DNA of 64,000 nucleotides from the human T2T-CHM13v2.0 reference genome, Homo sapiens. The stretch is from assembly GCF_009914755.1 (NCBI RefSeq), contig NC_060925.1, one strand, 5' to 3'. This document shows positions 29,116-43,200 of the stretch, one piece after another. Numbering within the stretch: the first letter of the stretch is position 1; the number at the start of each line of letters is the position of its first letter. The position numbers were made by a program, and so were the translations under genes. The notes beneath the pieces were generated by a model, which had not been told where the DNA came from, did no database searches, and worked only from the letters and a program-made list of their open reading frames with translations.

Positions 29116-32100
29116 ATGGAATCGTCATCGAATGAATTGAATGCAATCATCGAATGGTCTCGAATGGAATCATCTTCTAATGGAAAGGAATGGAATCATC
29201 GCATAGAATCGAATGGAATTATCATCGAATGGAATCGAATGGTATCAACACCAAACGGAAAAAAACGGAATTATCGAATGGAATCGAAGAGAATCTTCGA
29301 ACGGACCCGAATGGAATCATCTAATGGAATGGAATGGAATAATCCATGGACTCGAATGCAATCATCATCGAATGGAATGGAATGGAATCATCGAATGGAC
29401 TCGAATGGAATAATCATTGAACGGAATCGAATGGAATCATCATCGGATGGAAACGAATGGAATCATCATCGAATGGAAATGAAAGGAGTCATCATCTAAT
29501 GGAATTGCATGGAATCATCATAAAATGGAATCGAATGGAATCAACATCAAATGGAATCAAATGGAATCATTGAACGGAATTGAATGGAATCGTCATCGAA
29601 TGAATTGACTGCAATCATCGAGTGGTCTCGGAATCATCTTCAAATGGAATGGAATGGAATCATCGCATAGAATCGAATGGAATTATCATCGAATGGAATC
29701 GAATGGAATCAACATCAAACGGAAAAAAACGGAATTATCGAATGGAATCGAAGAGAATCATCGAATGGACCCGAATGGAATCATCTAATGGAATGGAATG
29801 GAATAATCCATGGACTCGAATGCAATCATCATCGAATGGAATCGAATGGAATCATCGAATGGACTCGAATGGAATAATCATTGAACGGAATCGAATGGAA
29901 TCATCATCGGATGGAAATGAATGGAATCATCATCGAATGGAATCGAATAGAATTATGGAATGAAATCCAGTGTGATCATCATCGAATGGACCCGAATGGA
30001 ATCATCATCCAACGGAAGCTAATGGAATCATCATCGAATGAATCGAATGGAAACACCATCGAATTGAAACGAATGGAATTATCATGAAATTGAAATGGAT
30101 GGACTCATCATCGAATGGATTCGAATGGAATCATCGAATAAAATTGATTGAAATCATCATCGAATGGAATCGAATGGTATCATTGAATGGAATCGAATGG
30201 AATCATCATCAGATGGAAATGAATGGAATCGTCATAGAATGGAATCGAATGGATTCATTGAATGGAATCAGATGGAATCATCGAATGGACTGGAATGGAA
30301 TCATTGAATGGACTCGAAAGGGATCATTATTGAATGGAATTGAATGGAATCATCGAATGGTCTCGATTTGAATCATTATCAAATGGAATCGAATGGAATC
30401 ACCGAATAGAATCGAATGGAACAATCATCGAATGGACTCAAATGGAATTATCCTCCAATGGAATCGAATGGAATTATCGAATGCAATCGAAGGGAATTAT
30501 CATCGAATGGAATCGAATGGTATCAACACCAAACGGAAAAAAACGGAATTATCGAATGGAATCGAAGAGAATCTTCGAACGGACCCGAATGGAATCATCT
30601 AATGGAATGGAATGGAATAATCCATGGACTCGAATGCAATCATCATCGAATGGAATCGAATGGAATCATCGAATGGACTCGAATGGAATAATCATTGAAC
30701 GGAATCGATTGGAATCATCATCGGATGGAAACGAATGGAATCATCATCGAATGGAAATGAAAGGAGTCATCATCTAATGGAATTGCATGGAATGATCATA
30801 AAATGGAATCGAATGGAATCAACATCAAATGGAATCAAATGGAATCATTGAACGGAATTGAATGGAATCGTCATCGAATGAATTGACTGCAATCATCGAA
30901 TGGTCTCGAATGGAATCATCTTCAAATGGAATGGAATGGAATCATCGCATAGAATCGAATGGAATTATCATCGAATGGAATCGAATGGAATCAACATCAA
31001 ACGGAAAAAAACGGAATTATCGAATGGAATCGAAGAGAATCATCGAATGGACCCGAATGGAATAGAATCGAATGGAACAATCATCGAATGGACTCAAATG
31101 GAATTATCCTCAAATGGAATCGAATGGAATTATCGAATGCAATCGAATGGAATTATCGAATGCAATCGAATAGAATCATCGAAAGGACTCGAATGGAATC
31201 ATCGAATGGAATGGAATGGAACAGTCAATGAACTCGAATGGAATCATCATTGAATGGAATCGAATGGAATCATCGAGTGGAATCGAATGGAATTATGATC
31301 AAATGGAATCGAATGTAATCATCATCAAATGGAATCAAAAATAACCATCATCAATTGGTATTGAATGGAATTGTCATCAAATGGAATTCAAAGGAATCAT
31401 CATCAAATGGAACCGAATGGAATCCTCATTGAATGGAAATGAAAGGGGTCATCATCTAATGGAATCGCATGGAATCATCATCAAATGGAATCGAATGGAA
31501 TCATCATCAAATGGAATCTAATGGAATCATTGAACAGAATTGAATGGAATCGTCATCGAATGAATTGAATGCAATCATCGAATGGTCTCGAATGGAATCA
31601 TCTTCTAATGGAAAGGAATGGAATCATCGCATAGAATCGAATGGAATTATCATCGAATGGAATCGAATGGTATCAACACCAAACGGAAAAAAACGGAATT
31701 ATCGAATGGAATCGAAGAGAATCTTCGAACGGACCCGAATGGAATCATCTAATGGAATGGAATGGAATAATCCATGGACTCGAATGCAATCATCATCGAA
31801 TGGAATCGAATGGAATCATCGAATGGACTCGAATGGAATAATCATTGAACGGAATCGAATGGAATCATCATCGGATGGAAACGAATGGAATCATCATCGA
31901 ATGGAAATGAAAGGAGTCATCATCTAATGGAATTGCATGGAATCATCATAAAATGGAATCGAATGGAATCAACATCAAATGGAATCAAATGGAATCATTG
32001 AACGGAATTGAATGGAATCGTCATCGAATGAATTGAATGCAATCATCGAATGGTCTCGAATGGAATCATCTTCAAATGGAATGGAATGGAATCATCGCAT

Positions 32101-32606
32101 AGAATCGAATGGAATTATCACCGAATGGAATCTAATGGAATCAACATCAAACGGAAAAAAACGGAATTATCGAATGGAATCGAAGAGAATCATCGAATGG
32201 ACCCGAATGGAATCATCTAATGGAATGGAATGGAATAATCCATGGACTCGAATGCAATCATCATCGAATGGAATCGAATGGAATCATCGAATGAACCCGA
32301 ATGGAATCATCATTGAATGGAATCGAATGGAATCATCGAGTGGAATCCAATGGAATTATGATCAAATGGAATCGAATGTAATCATCATCAAATGGAATCA
32401 AAAATAACCATCATCAATTGGTATTGAATGGAATTGTCATCAAATGGAATTCAAAGGAATCATCATCAAATGGAACCGAATGGAATCCTCATTGAATGGA
32501 AATGAAAGGGGTCATCATCTAATGGAATCGCATGGAATCATCATCAAATGGAATCGAATGGAATCATCATCAAATGGAATCTAATGGAATCATTGAACAG
32601 AATTGA
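29116..32606 (+). repeat. Three consecutive truncated units (1,278, 1,150 and 1,063 bp)
   Basis: A-subunit ORF ends at 29499, 30777, 31927 and 32990 give the spacings. Junctions are visible at ~29630 (4 bp), ~30485-30501 (494 bp), ~31060-31063 (626 bp) and ~32290-32293 (713 bp). Confidence 0.88.
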
Positions 32607-35600
32607 ATGGAATCGTCATCGAATGAATTGAATGCAATCATCGAATGGTCTCGAATTGAATTATCTTCTAATGGAAATGAATGGAATCATCGCATAGAAT
32701 CGAATGGAATTAACATTGAATGGACTCGAATGGAATCAACATCAAACGGAATCAAGCGGAATTATCGAATGGAATCGAAGAGATTCATCGAATGGACTCG
32801 AATGGAATCATCTAATGGAATGGAATGGAATAATCCATGGACCCGAATGCAATCATCATCGTATAAAATCGAATGGAATCATCGAATGGACTCGAATGGA
32901 ATAATCATTGAACGGAATCGAATGGAATCATCATCGGATGGAAACGAATGGAATCATCATCGAATGGAAATGAAAGGAGTCATCATCTAATGGAATTGCA
33001 TGGAATCATCATAAAATGGAATCGAATGGAATCAACATCAAATGGAATCAAATGGAATCATTGAACGGAATTGAATGGAGTCGTCATCGAATGAATTCAA
33101 TGCAATCATCGAATGGTCTCGAATGGAATCATCTTCAAATGGAATGGAATGGAATCATCGCATAGAATCGAATGGAATTATCATCGAATGGAATCGAATG
33201 GAATCAACCTCAAACGGAAAAAAACGGAATTATCGAATGGAATCGAAGAGAATCATCGAATGGACCCGAATGGAATCATCTAATGGAATGGAATGGAGTA
33301 ATCCATGGACTCGAATGCAATCATCATCGAATGGAATCGAATGGAATCATCGAGTGGACTCGAATGGAATAATCATTGAACGGAATCGAATGGAATCATC
33401 ATCGGATGGAAATGAATGGAATCATCATCGAATGGAATCGAATAGAATTATGGAATGAAATCCACTGTGATCATCATCGAATGGACCCGAATGGAATCAT
33501 CATCCAATGGAAGCTAATGGAATCAACATCGAATGAATCGAATGGAAACACCATCGAATTGAAACGAATGGAATTACCATGAAATTGAAATGGATGGACT
33601 CATCATCGAATGGATTCGGATGGAATCATCGAATAAAATTGATTGAAATCATCATCGAATGGAATCGAATGGTATCATTGAATGGAATCGAATGGAATCA
33701 TCATCAGATGGAAATGAATGGAATCGTCATAGAATGGAATCGAATGGATTCATTGAATGGAATCAGATGGAATCATCGAATGGACTGGAATGGAATCATT
33801 GAATGGACTCGAAAGGGATCATGATTGAATGGAATTGAATGGAATCATTGAATGGTCTCGATTGGAATCATTATCAAATGGAATCGAATGGAATCACCGA
33901 ATAGAATCGAATGGAACAATCATCGAACGGACTCAAATGGAATTATCCTTAAATGGAATCGAATGGAATTATCGAATGCAATCGAATGGAATTATCGAAT
34001 GCAATCGAATAGAATCATCGAATGGACTCGAATGGAATCATCGAATGGAATGGAATGGAACAGTCAATGAACTCGAATGGAATCATCATTGAATGGAATC
34101 GAATGGAATCATCGAGTGGAATCGAATGGAATTATGATCAAATGGAATCGAATGTAATCATCATCAAATGGAATCAAAAATAACCATCATCAATTGGTAT
34201 TGAATGGAATTGTCATCAAATGGAATTCAAAGGAATCATCATCAAATGGAACTGAATGGAATCCTCATTGAATGGAAATGAAAGGGGTCATCATCTAATG
34301 GAATCGCATGGAATCATCATCAAATGGAATCTAATGGAATCATTGAACAGAATTGAATGGAATCGTCATCGAATGAATTGAATGCAATCATCGAATGGTC
34401 TCGAATGGAATCATCTTCTAATGGAAATGAATGGAATCATCGCATAGAATCGAATGGAATTAACATTGAATGGACTCGAATGGAATCAACATCAAACGGA
34501 ATCAAGCGGAATTATCGAATGGAATCGAAGAGATTCATTGAATGGACTCGAATGGAATCATCTAATGGAATGGAATGGAATAATCCATGGACCCGAATGC
34601 AATCATCATCGTATAAAATCGAATGGAATCATCGAATGGACTCGAATGGAATAATCATTGAACGGAATCGAATGGAATCATCATCGGATGGAAACGAATG
34701 GAATCATCATCGAATGGAAATGAAAGGAGTCATCATCTAATGGAATTGCATGGAATCATCATAAAATGGAATCGAATGGAATCAACATCAAATGGAATCA
34801 AATGGAATCATTGAACGGAATTGAATGGAGCCGTCATCGAATGAATTGAATGCAATCATCGAATGGTCTCGAATGGAATCATCTTCAAATGGAATGGAAT
34901 GGAATCATCGCATAGAATCGAATGGAATTATCATCGAATGGAATCGAATGGAATCAACATCCAACGGAAAAAAACGGAATTATCGAATGGAATCGAAGAG
35001 AATCATCGAATGGACCCGAATGGAATCATCTAATGGAATGGAATGGAATAATCCATGGACTCGAATGCAATCATCATCGAATGGAATCGAATGGAATCAT
35101 CGAGTGGACTCGAATGGAATAATCATTGAACGGAAACGAATGGAATCATCATCGGATGGAAATGAATGGAATCATCATCGAATGGAATCGAATAGAATTA
35201 TGGAATGAAATCCAGTGTGATCATCATCGAATGGACCCGAATGGAATCATCATCCAACGGAAGCTAATGGAATCAACATCGAATGAATCGAATGGAAACA
35301 CCATCGAATTGAAACGAATGGAATTATCATGAAATTGAAATGGATGGACTCATCATCGAATGGATTCGAATGGAATCATCGAATAAAATTGATTGAAATC
35401 ATCATCGAATTGAATCGAATTGTATCATTGAATGGAATCGAATGGAATCATCATCAGATGGAAATGAATGGAATCGTCATAGAATGGAATTGAATGGATT
35501 CATTGAATGGAATCAGATGGAATCATCGAATGGACTGGAATGGAATCATTGAATGGACTCGAAAGGGATCATGATTGAATGGAATTGAATGGAATCATCG

Positions 35601-37200
35601 AATGGTCTCGATTGGAATCATTATCAAATGGAATCGAATGGAATCACCGAATAGAATCGAATGGAACAATCATCGAATGGACTCAAATGGAATTATCCTC
35701 AAATGGAATCGAATGGAATTATCGAATGCAATCGAATGGAATTATCGAATGCAATCGAATAGAATCATCGAATGGACTCGAATGGAATCATCGAATGGAA
35801 TGGAATGGAACAGTCAATGAACTCGAATGGAATCATCATTGAATGGAATCGAATGGAATCATCGAGTGGAATCGAATGGAATTATGATCAAATGGAATCG
35901 AATGTAATCATCATCAAATGGAATCAAAAATAACCATCATCAATTGGTATTGAATGGAATTGTCATCAAATGGAATTCAAAGGAATCATCATCAAATGGA
36001 ACCGAATGGAATCCTCATTGAATGGAAATGAAAGGGGTCATCATCTAATGGAATCGCATGGAATCATCATCAAATGGAATCGAATGGAATCATCATCAAA
36101 TGGAATCTAATGGAATCATTGAACAGAATTGAATGGAATCGTCATCGAATGAATTGAATGCAATCATCGAATGGTCTCGAATGGAATCATCTTCTAATGG
36201 AAAGGAATGGAATCATCGCATAGAATCGAATGGAATTATCATCGAATGGAATCGAATGGTATCAACACCAAACGGAAAAAAACGGAATTATCGAATGGAA
36301 TCGAAGAGAATCTTCGAACGGACCCGAATGGAATCATCTAATGGAATGGAATGGAATAATCCATGGACTCGAATGCAATCATCATCGAATGGAATCGAAT
36401 GGAATCATCGAATGGACTCGAATGGAATAATCATTGAACGGAATCGAATGGAATCATCATCGGATGGAAACGAATGGAATCATCATCGAGTGGAAATGAA
36501 AGGAGTCATCATCTAATGGAATTGCATGGAATCATCATAAAATGGAATCGAATGGAATCAACATCAAATGGAATCAAATGGAATCATTGAACGGAATTGA
36601 ATGGAATCGTCATCGAATGAATTGACTGCAATCATCCAATGGTCTCGAATGGAATCATCTTCAAATGGAATGGAATGGAATCATCGCATAGAATCGAATG
36701 GAATTATCATCGAATGGAATCGAATGGAATCAACATCAAACGGAAAAAAACGGAATTATCGAATGGAATCGAAGAGAATCATCGAATGGACCCGAATGGA
36801 ATCATCTAATGGAATGGAATGGAATAATCCATGGACTCCAATGCAATCATCATCGAATGGAATCGAATGGAATCATCGAATGAACTCGAATGGAATCATC
36901 ATTGAATGGAATCGAATGGAATCATCGAGTGGAATCGAATGGAATTATGATCAAATGGAATTGAATGTAATCATCATCAAATGGAATCAAAAATAACCAT
37001 CATCAATTAGTATTGAATGGAATTGTCATCAAATGGAATTCAAAGGAATCATCATCAAATGGAACCGAATGGAATCCTCATTGAATGGAAATGAAAGGGG
37101 TCATCATCTAATGGAATCGCATGGAATCATCATCAAATGGAATCGAATGGAATCATCATCAAATGGAATCTAATGGAATCATTGAACAGAATTGAATGGA
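32600..37200 (+). repeat. Copy 1 of a dispersed ~4.6-kb duplicated block (partner at ~46070-50670)
   Basis: Same ordered private variants in both copies: AACGGAATCAAGCGG, GTATAAAATC, GGAGTAATCC, TTCGGATGG, ATCCTTAAAT, GGAGCCGTC, GAATTGAATCGAATTGTATC, CGAGTGGAAATG, then a 713-bp deletion. Confidence 0.88.
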
Positions 37201-40200
37201 ATCGTCATCGAATGAATTGAATGCAATCATCGAATGGTCTCGAATGGAATCATCTTCTAATGGAAAGGAATGGAATCATCGCATAGAATCGAATGGAATT
37301 ATCATCGAATGGAATCGAATGGTATCAACACCAAACGGAAAAAAACGGAATTATCGAATGGAATCGAAGAGAATCTTCGAACGGACCCGAATGGAATCAT
37401 CTAATGGAATGGAATGGAATAATCCATGGACTCGAATGCAATCATCATCGAATGGAATCGAATGGAATCATCGAATGGACTCGAATGGAATAATCATTGA
37501 ACGGAATCGAATGGAATCATCATCGGATGGAAACGAATGGAATCATCATCGAATGGAAATGAATGTAGTCATCATCTAACGGAATTGCATGGAATCATCA
37601 TAAAATGGAATCGAATGGAATCAACATCAAATGGAATCAAATGGAATCATTGAACGGAATTGAATGGAATCGTCATCGAATGAATTGACTGCAATCATCG
37701 AATGGTCTCGAATGGAATCATCTTCAAATGGAATGGAATGGAATCATCGCATAGAATCGAATGGAATTATCATCGAATGGAATCGAATGGAATCAACATC
37801 AAACGGAAAAAAACGGAATTATCGAATGGAATCGAAGAGAATCATCGAATGGACCCGAATGGAATCATCTAATGGAATGGAATGGAATAATCCATGGACT
37901 CGAATGCAATCATCATCGAATGGAATCGAATGGAATCATCGAATGGACTCGAATGGAATAATCATTGAACGGAAACGAATGGAATCATCATCGGATGGAA
38001 ATGAATGGAATCATCATCGAATGGAATCGAATAGAATTATGGAATGAAATCCAGTGTGATCATCATGGAATGGACCCGAATGGAATCATCATCCAACGGA
38101 AGCTAATGGAATCAACATCGAATGAATCGAATGGAAACACCATCGAATTGAAACGAATGGAATTATCATGAAATTGAAATGGATGGACTCATCATCGAAT
38201 GGATTCGAATGGAATCATCGAATAAAATTGATTGAAATCATCATCGAATTGAATCGAATTGTATCATTGAATGGAATCGAATGGAATCATCATCAGATGG
38301 AAATGAATGGAATCGTCATAGAATGGAATCGAATGGATTCATTGAATGGAATCAGATGGAATCATCGAATGGACTGGAATGGAATCATTGAATGGACTCG
38401 AAAGGGATCATGATTGAATGGAATTGAATGGAATCATCGAATGGTCTCGATTGGAATCATTATCAAATGGAATCGAATGGAATCACCGAATAGAATCGAA
38501 TGGAACAATCATCGAATGGACTCAAATGGAATTATCCTCAAATGGAATCGAATGGAATTATCGAATGCAATCGAATGGAATTATCGAATGCAATCGAATA
38601 GAATCATCGAATGGACTCGAATGGAATCATCGAATGGAATGGAATGGAACAGTCAATGAACTCGAATGGAATCATCATTGAATGGAATCGAATGGAATCA
38701 TCGAGTGGAATCGAATGGAATTATGATCAAATGGAATCGAATGTAATCATCATCAAATGGAATCAAAAATAACCATCATCAATTGGTATTGAATGGAATT
38801 GTCATCAAATGGAATTCAAAGGAATCATCATCAAATGGAACCGAATGGAATCCTCATTGAATGGAAATGAAAGGGGTCATCATCTAATGGAATCGCATGG
38901 AATCATCATCAAATGGAATCGAATGGAATCATCATCAAATGGAATCTAATGGAATCATTGAACAGAATTGAATGGAATCGTCATCGAATGAATTGAATGC
39001 AATCATCGAATGGTCTCGAATGGAATCATCTTCTAATGGAAAGGAATGGAATCATCGCATAGAATCGAATGGAATTATCATCGAATGGAATCGAATGGTA
39101 TCAACACCAAACGGAAAAAAACGGAATTATCGAATGGAATCGAAGAGAATCTTCGAACGGACCCGAATGGAATCATCTAATGGAATGGAATGGAATAATC
39201 CATGGACTCGAATGCAATCATCATCGAATGGAATCGAATGGAATCATCGAATGGACTCGAATGGAATAATCATTGAACGGAATCGATTTGAATCATCATC
39301 GGATGGAAACGAATGGAATCATCATCGAATGGAAATGAAAGGAGTCATCATCTAATGCAATTGCATGGAATCATCATCAAATGGAATCGAATGGAATCAA
39401 CATCAAATGGAATCAAATGGAATCATTGAACGGAATTGAATGGAATCGTCATCGAATGAATTGACTGCAATCATCGAATGGTCTCGAATGGAATCATCTT
39501 CAAATGGAATGGAATGGAATCATCGCATAGAATCGAATGGAATTATCATCGAATGGAATCGAATGGAATCAACATCAAACGGAAAAAAACGGAATTATCG
39601 AATGGAATCGAAGAGAATCATCGAATGGACCCGAATGAAATCATCTAATGGAATGGAATGGAATAATCCATGGACTCGAATGCAATCATCATCGAATGGA
39701 ATCGAATGGAATCATCGAATGGACTCGAATGGAATAATCATTGAACGGAATCGAATGGAATCATCATCGGATGGAAATGAATGGAATCATCATCGAATGG
39801 AATCGAATAGAATTATGGAATGAAATCCAGTGTGATCATCATCGAATGGACCCGAATGGAATCATCATCCAACGGAAGCTAATGGAATCAACATCGAATG
39901 AATCAAATGGAAACATCACCGAATTGAAACGAATGGAATTACCATGAAATTGAAATGGATGGACTCATCATCGAATGGATTCGAATGGAATCATCGAATA
40001 AAATTGATTGAAATCATCATCGAATGGAATCGAATGGTATCATTGAATGGAATCGAATGGAATCATCATCAGATGGAAATGAATGGAATCGTCATAGAAT
40101 GGAATCGAATGGATTCATTGAATGGAATCAGATGGAATCATCGAATGGACTGGAATGGAATCATTGAATGGACTCGAAAGGGATCATGAATGAATGGAAT

Positions 40201-43200
40201 TTAATGGAATCATCGAATGGTCTCGATTGGAATCATTATCAAATGGAATCGAATGGAATCACCGAATAGAATCGAATGGAACAATCATCGAATGGACTCA
40301 AATGGAATTATCTTCAAATGGAATCGAATGGAATTATCAAATGCAATCGAATGGAATTATCGAATGCAATCGAATAGAATCATCGAATGGACTCGAATGG
40401 AATCATCGAATGGAATGGAATGGAACAGTCAATGAACTCGAATGGAATCATCATTGAATGGAATCGAATGGAATCATCGAGTGGAATCGAATGGAATTAT
40501 GATCAAATGGAATCGAATGTTATCATCATCAAATGGAATCAAAAATAACCATCATCAATTGGTATTGAATGGAATTGTCATCAAATAGAATTCAAAGGAA
40601 TCATCATCAAATGGAACCGAATGGAATCCTCATTGAATGGAAATGAAAGGGGTCATCATCTAATGGAATCGCATGGAATCATCATCAAATGGAATCGAAT
40701 GGAATCATCATCAAATGGAATCTAATGGAATCATTGAACAGAATTGAATGGAATCGTCATCGAATGAATTGAATGCAATCATCGAATGGTCTCGAATGGA
40801 ATCATCTTCTAATGGAAAGGAATGGAATCATCGCATAGAATCGAATGGAATTATCATCGAATGGAATCGAATGGTATCAACACCAAACGGAAAAAAAACG
40901 GAATTATCGAATGGAATCGAAGAGAATCTTCGAACGGACCCGAATGGAATCATCTAATGGAATGGAATGGAATAATCCATGAACTCGAATGCAATCATCA
41001 TCGAATGGAATCGAATGGAATCATCGAATGGACTCGAATGGAATAATCATTGAACGGAATCGAATGGAATCATCATCGGATGGAAACGAATGGAATCATC
41101 ATCGAATGGAAATGAAAGGAGTCATCATCTAATGGAATTGCATGGAATCATCATAAAATGGAATCGAATGGAATCAACATCAAATGGAATCAAATGGAAT
41201 CATTGAACGGAATTGAATGGAATCGTCATCGAATGAATTGACTGCAATCATCCAATGGTCTCGAATGGAATCATCTTCAAATGGAATGGAATGGAATCAT
41301 CGCATAGAATCGAATGGAATTATCATCGAATGGAATCGAATGGAATCAACATCCAACGGAAAAAAACGGAATTATCGAATGGAATCGAAGAGAATCATCG
41401 AATGGACCCGAATGGAATCATCTAATGGAATGGAATTGAATAATCGATGGACTCGAATGCAATCATCATCGAATGGAATCGAATGGAATCATCGAATGGA
41501 CTCGAATGGAATAATCATTGAACGGAATCGAATGGAATCATCATCGGATGGAAATGAATGGAATCATCATCGAATGGAATCGAATAGAATTATGGAATGA
41601 AATCCAGTGTGATCATCATCGAATGGACCCGAATGGAATCATCATCCAACGGAAGCTAATGGAATCAACATCGAATGAATCAAATGGAAACACCAACGAA
41701 TTGAAACGAATGGAATTATCATGAAATTGAAATGGATGGACTCATCATCGAATGGATTCGAATGGAATCATCGAATAAAATTGATTGAAATCATCATCGA
41801 ATGGAATCGAATGGTATCATTGAATGGAATCGAATGGAATCATCATCAGATGGAAATGAATGGAATCGTCATAGAATGGAATCGAATGGATTCATTGAAT
41901 GGAATCAGATGGAATCATCGAATGGACTGGAATGGAATCATTGAATGGACTCGAAAGGGATCATGATTGAATGGAATTGAATGGAATCATCGAATGGTCT
42001 CGATTGGAATCATTATCAAATGGAATCGAATGGAATCACCGAATAGAATCGAATGGAACAATGATCGAATGGACTCAAATGGAATTATCCTCAAATGGAA
42101 TCGAATGGAATTATCAAATGCAATCGAATGGAATTATCGAATGCAATCGAATAGAATCATCGAATGGACTCGAATGGAATCATCGAATGGAATGGAATGG
42201 AACAGTCAATGAACTCGAATGGAATCATCATTGAATGGAATCGAATGGAATCATCGAGTGGAATCGAATGGAATTATGATCAAATGGAATCGAATGTTAT
42301 CATCATCAAATGGAATCAAAAATAACCATCATCAATTGGTATTGAATGGAATTGTCATCAAATGGAATTCAAAGGAATCATCATCAAATGGAACAGAATG
42401 GAATCCTCATTGAATGGAAATGAAAGGGGTCATCATCTAATGGAATCGCATGGAATCATCATCAAATGGAATCGAATGGAATCATCATCAAATGGAATCT
42501 AATGGAATCATTGAACAGAATTGAATGGAATCGTCATCGAATGAATTGAATGCAATCATCGAATGGTCTCGAATGGAATCATCTTCTAATGGAAAGGAAT
42601 GGAATCATCGCATAGAATCGAATGGAATTATCATCGAATGGAATCGAATGGTATCAACACCAAACGGAAAAAAACGGAATTATCGAATGGAATCGAAGAG
42701 AATCTTCGAACGGACCCGAATGGAATCATCTAATGGAATGGAATGGAATAATCCATGAACTCGAATGCAATCATCATCGAATGGAATCGAATGGAATCAT
42801 CGAATGGACTCGAATGGAATAATCATTGAACGGAATCGAATGGAATCATCATCGGATGGAAACGAATGGAATCATAATCGAATGGAAATGAAAGGAGTCA
42901 TCATCTAATGGAATTGCATGGAATCATCATAAAATGGAATCGAATGGAATCAACATCAAATGGAATCAAATGGAATCATTGAGCGGAATTGAATGGAATC
43001 GTCATCGAATGAATTGACTGCAATCATCGAATGGTCTCGAATGGAATCATCTTCAAATGGAATGGAATGGAATCATCGCATAGAATCGAATGGAATTATC
43101 ATCGAATGGAATCGAATGGAATCAACATCCAACGGAAAAAAACGGAATTATCGAATGGAATCGAAGAGAATCATCGAATGGACCCGAATGGAATCATCTA

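Noticed and set aside
33093-33098. Extra EcoRI site (GAATTC) inside a B subunit
   Set aside because: A single private G>C substitution that is absent from the paralog near 46563; useful only as a marker.
40890-40900. A8 instead of A7 as a sequencing homopolymer error
   Set aside because: It recurs at ~58263 together with the linked CCATGAAC variant, so it is probably a real shared allele; covered under the haplotype-shuffling finding.
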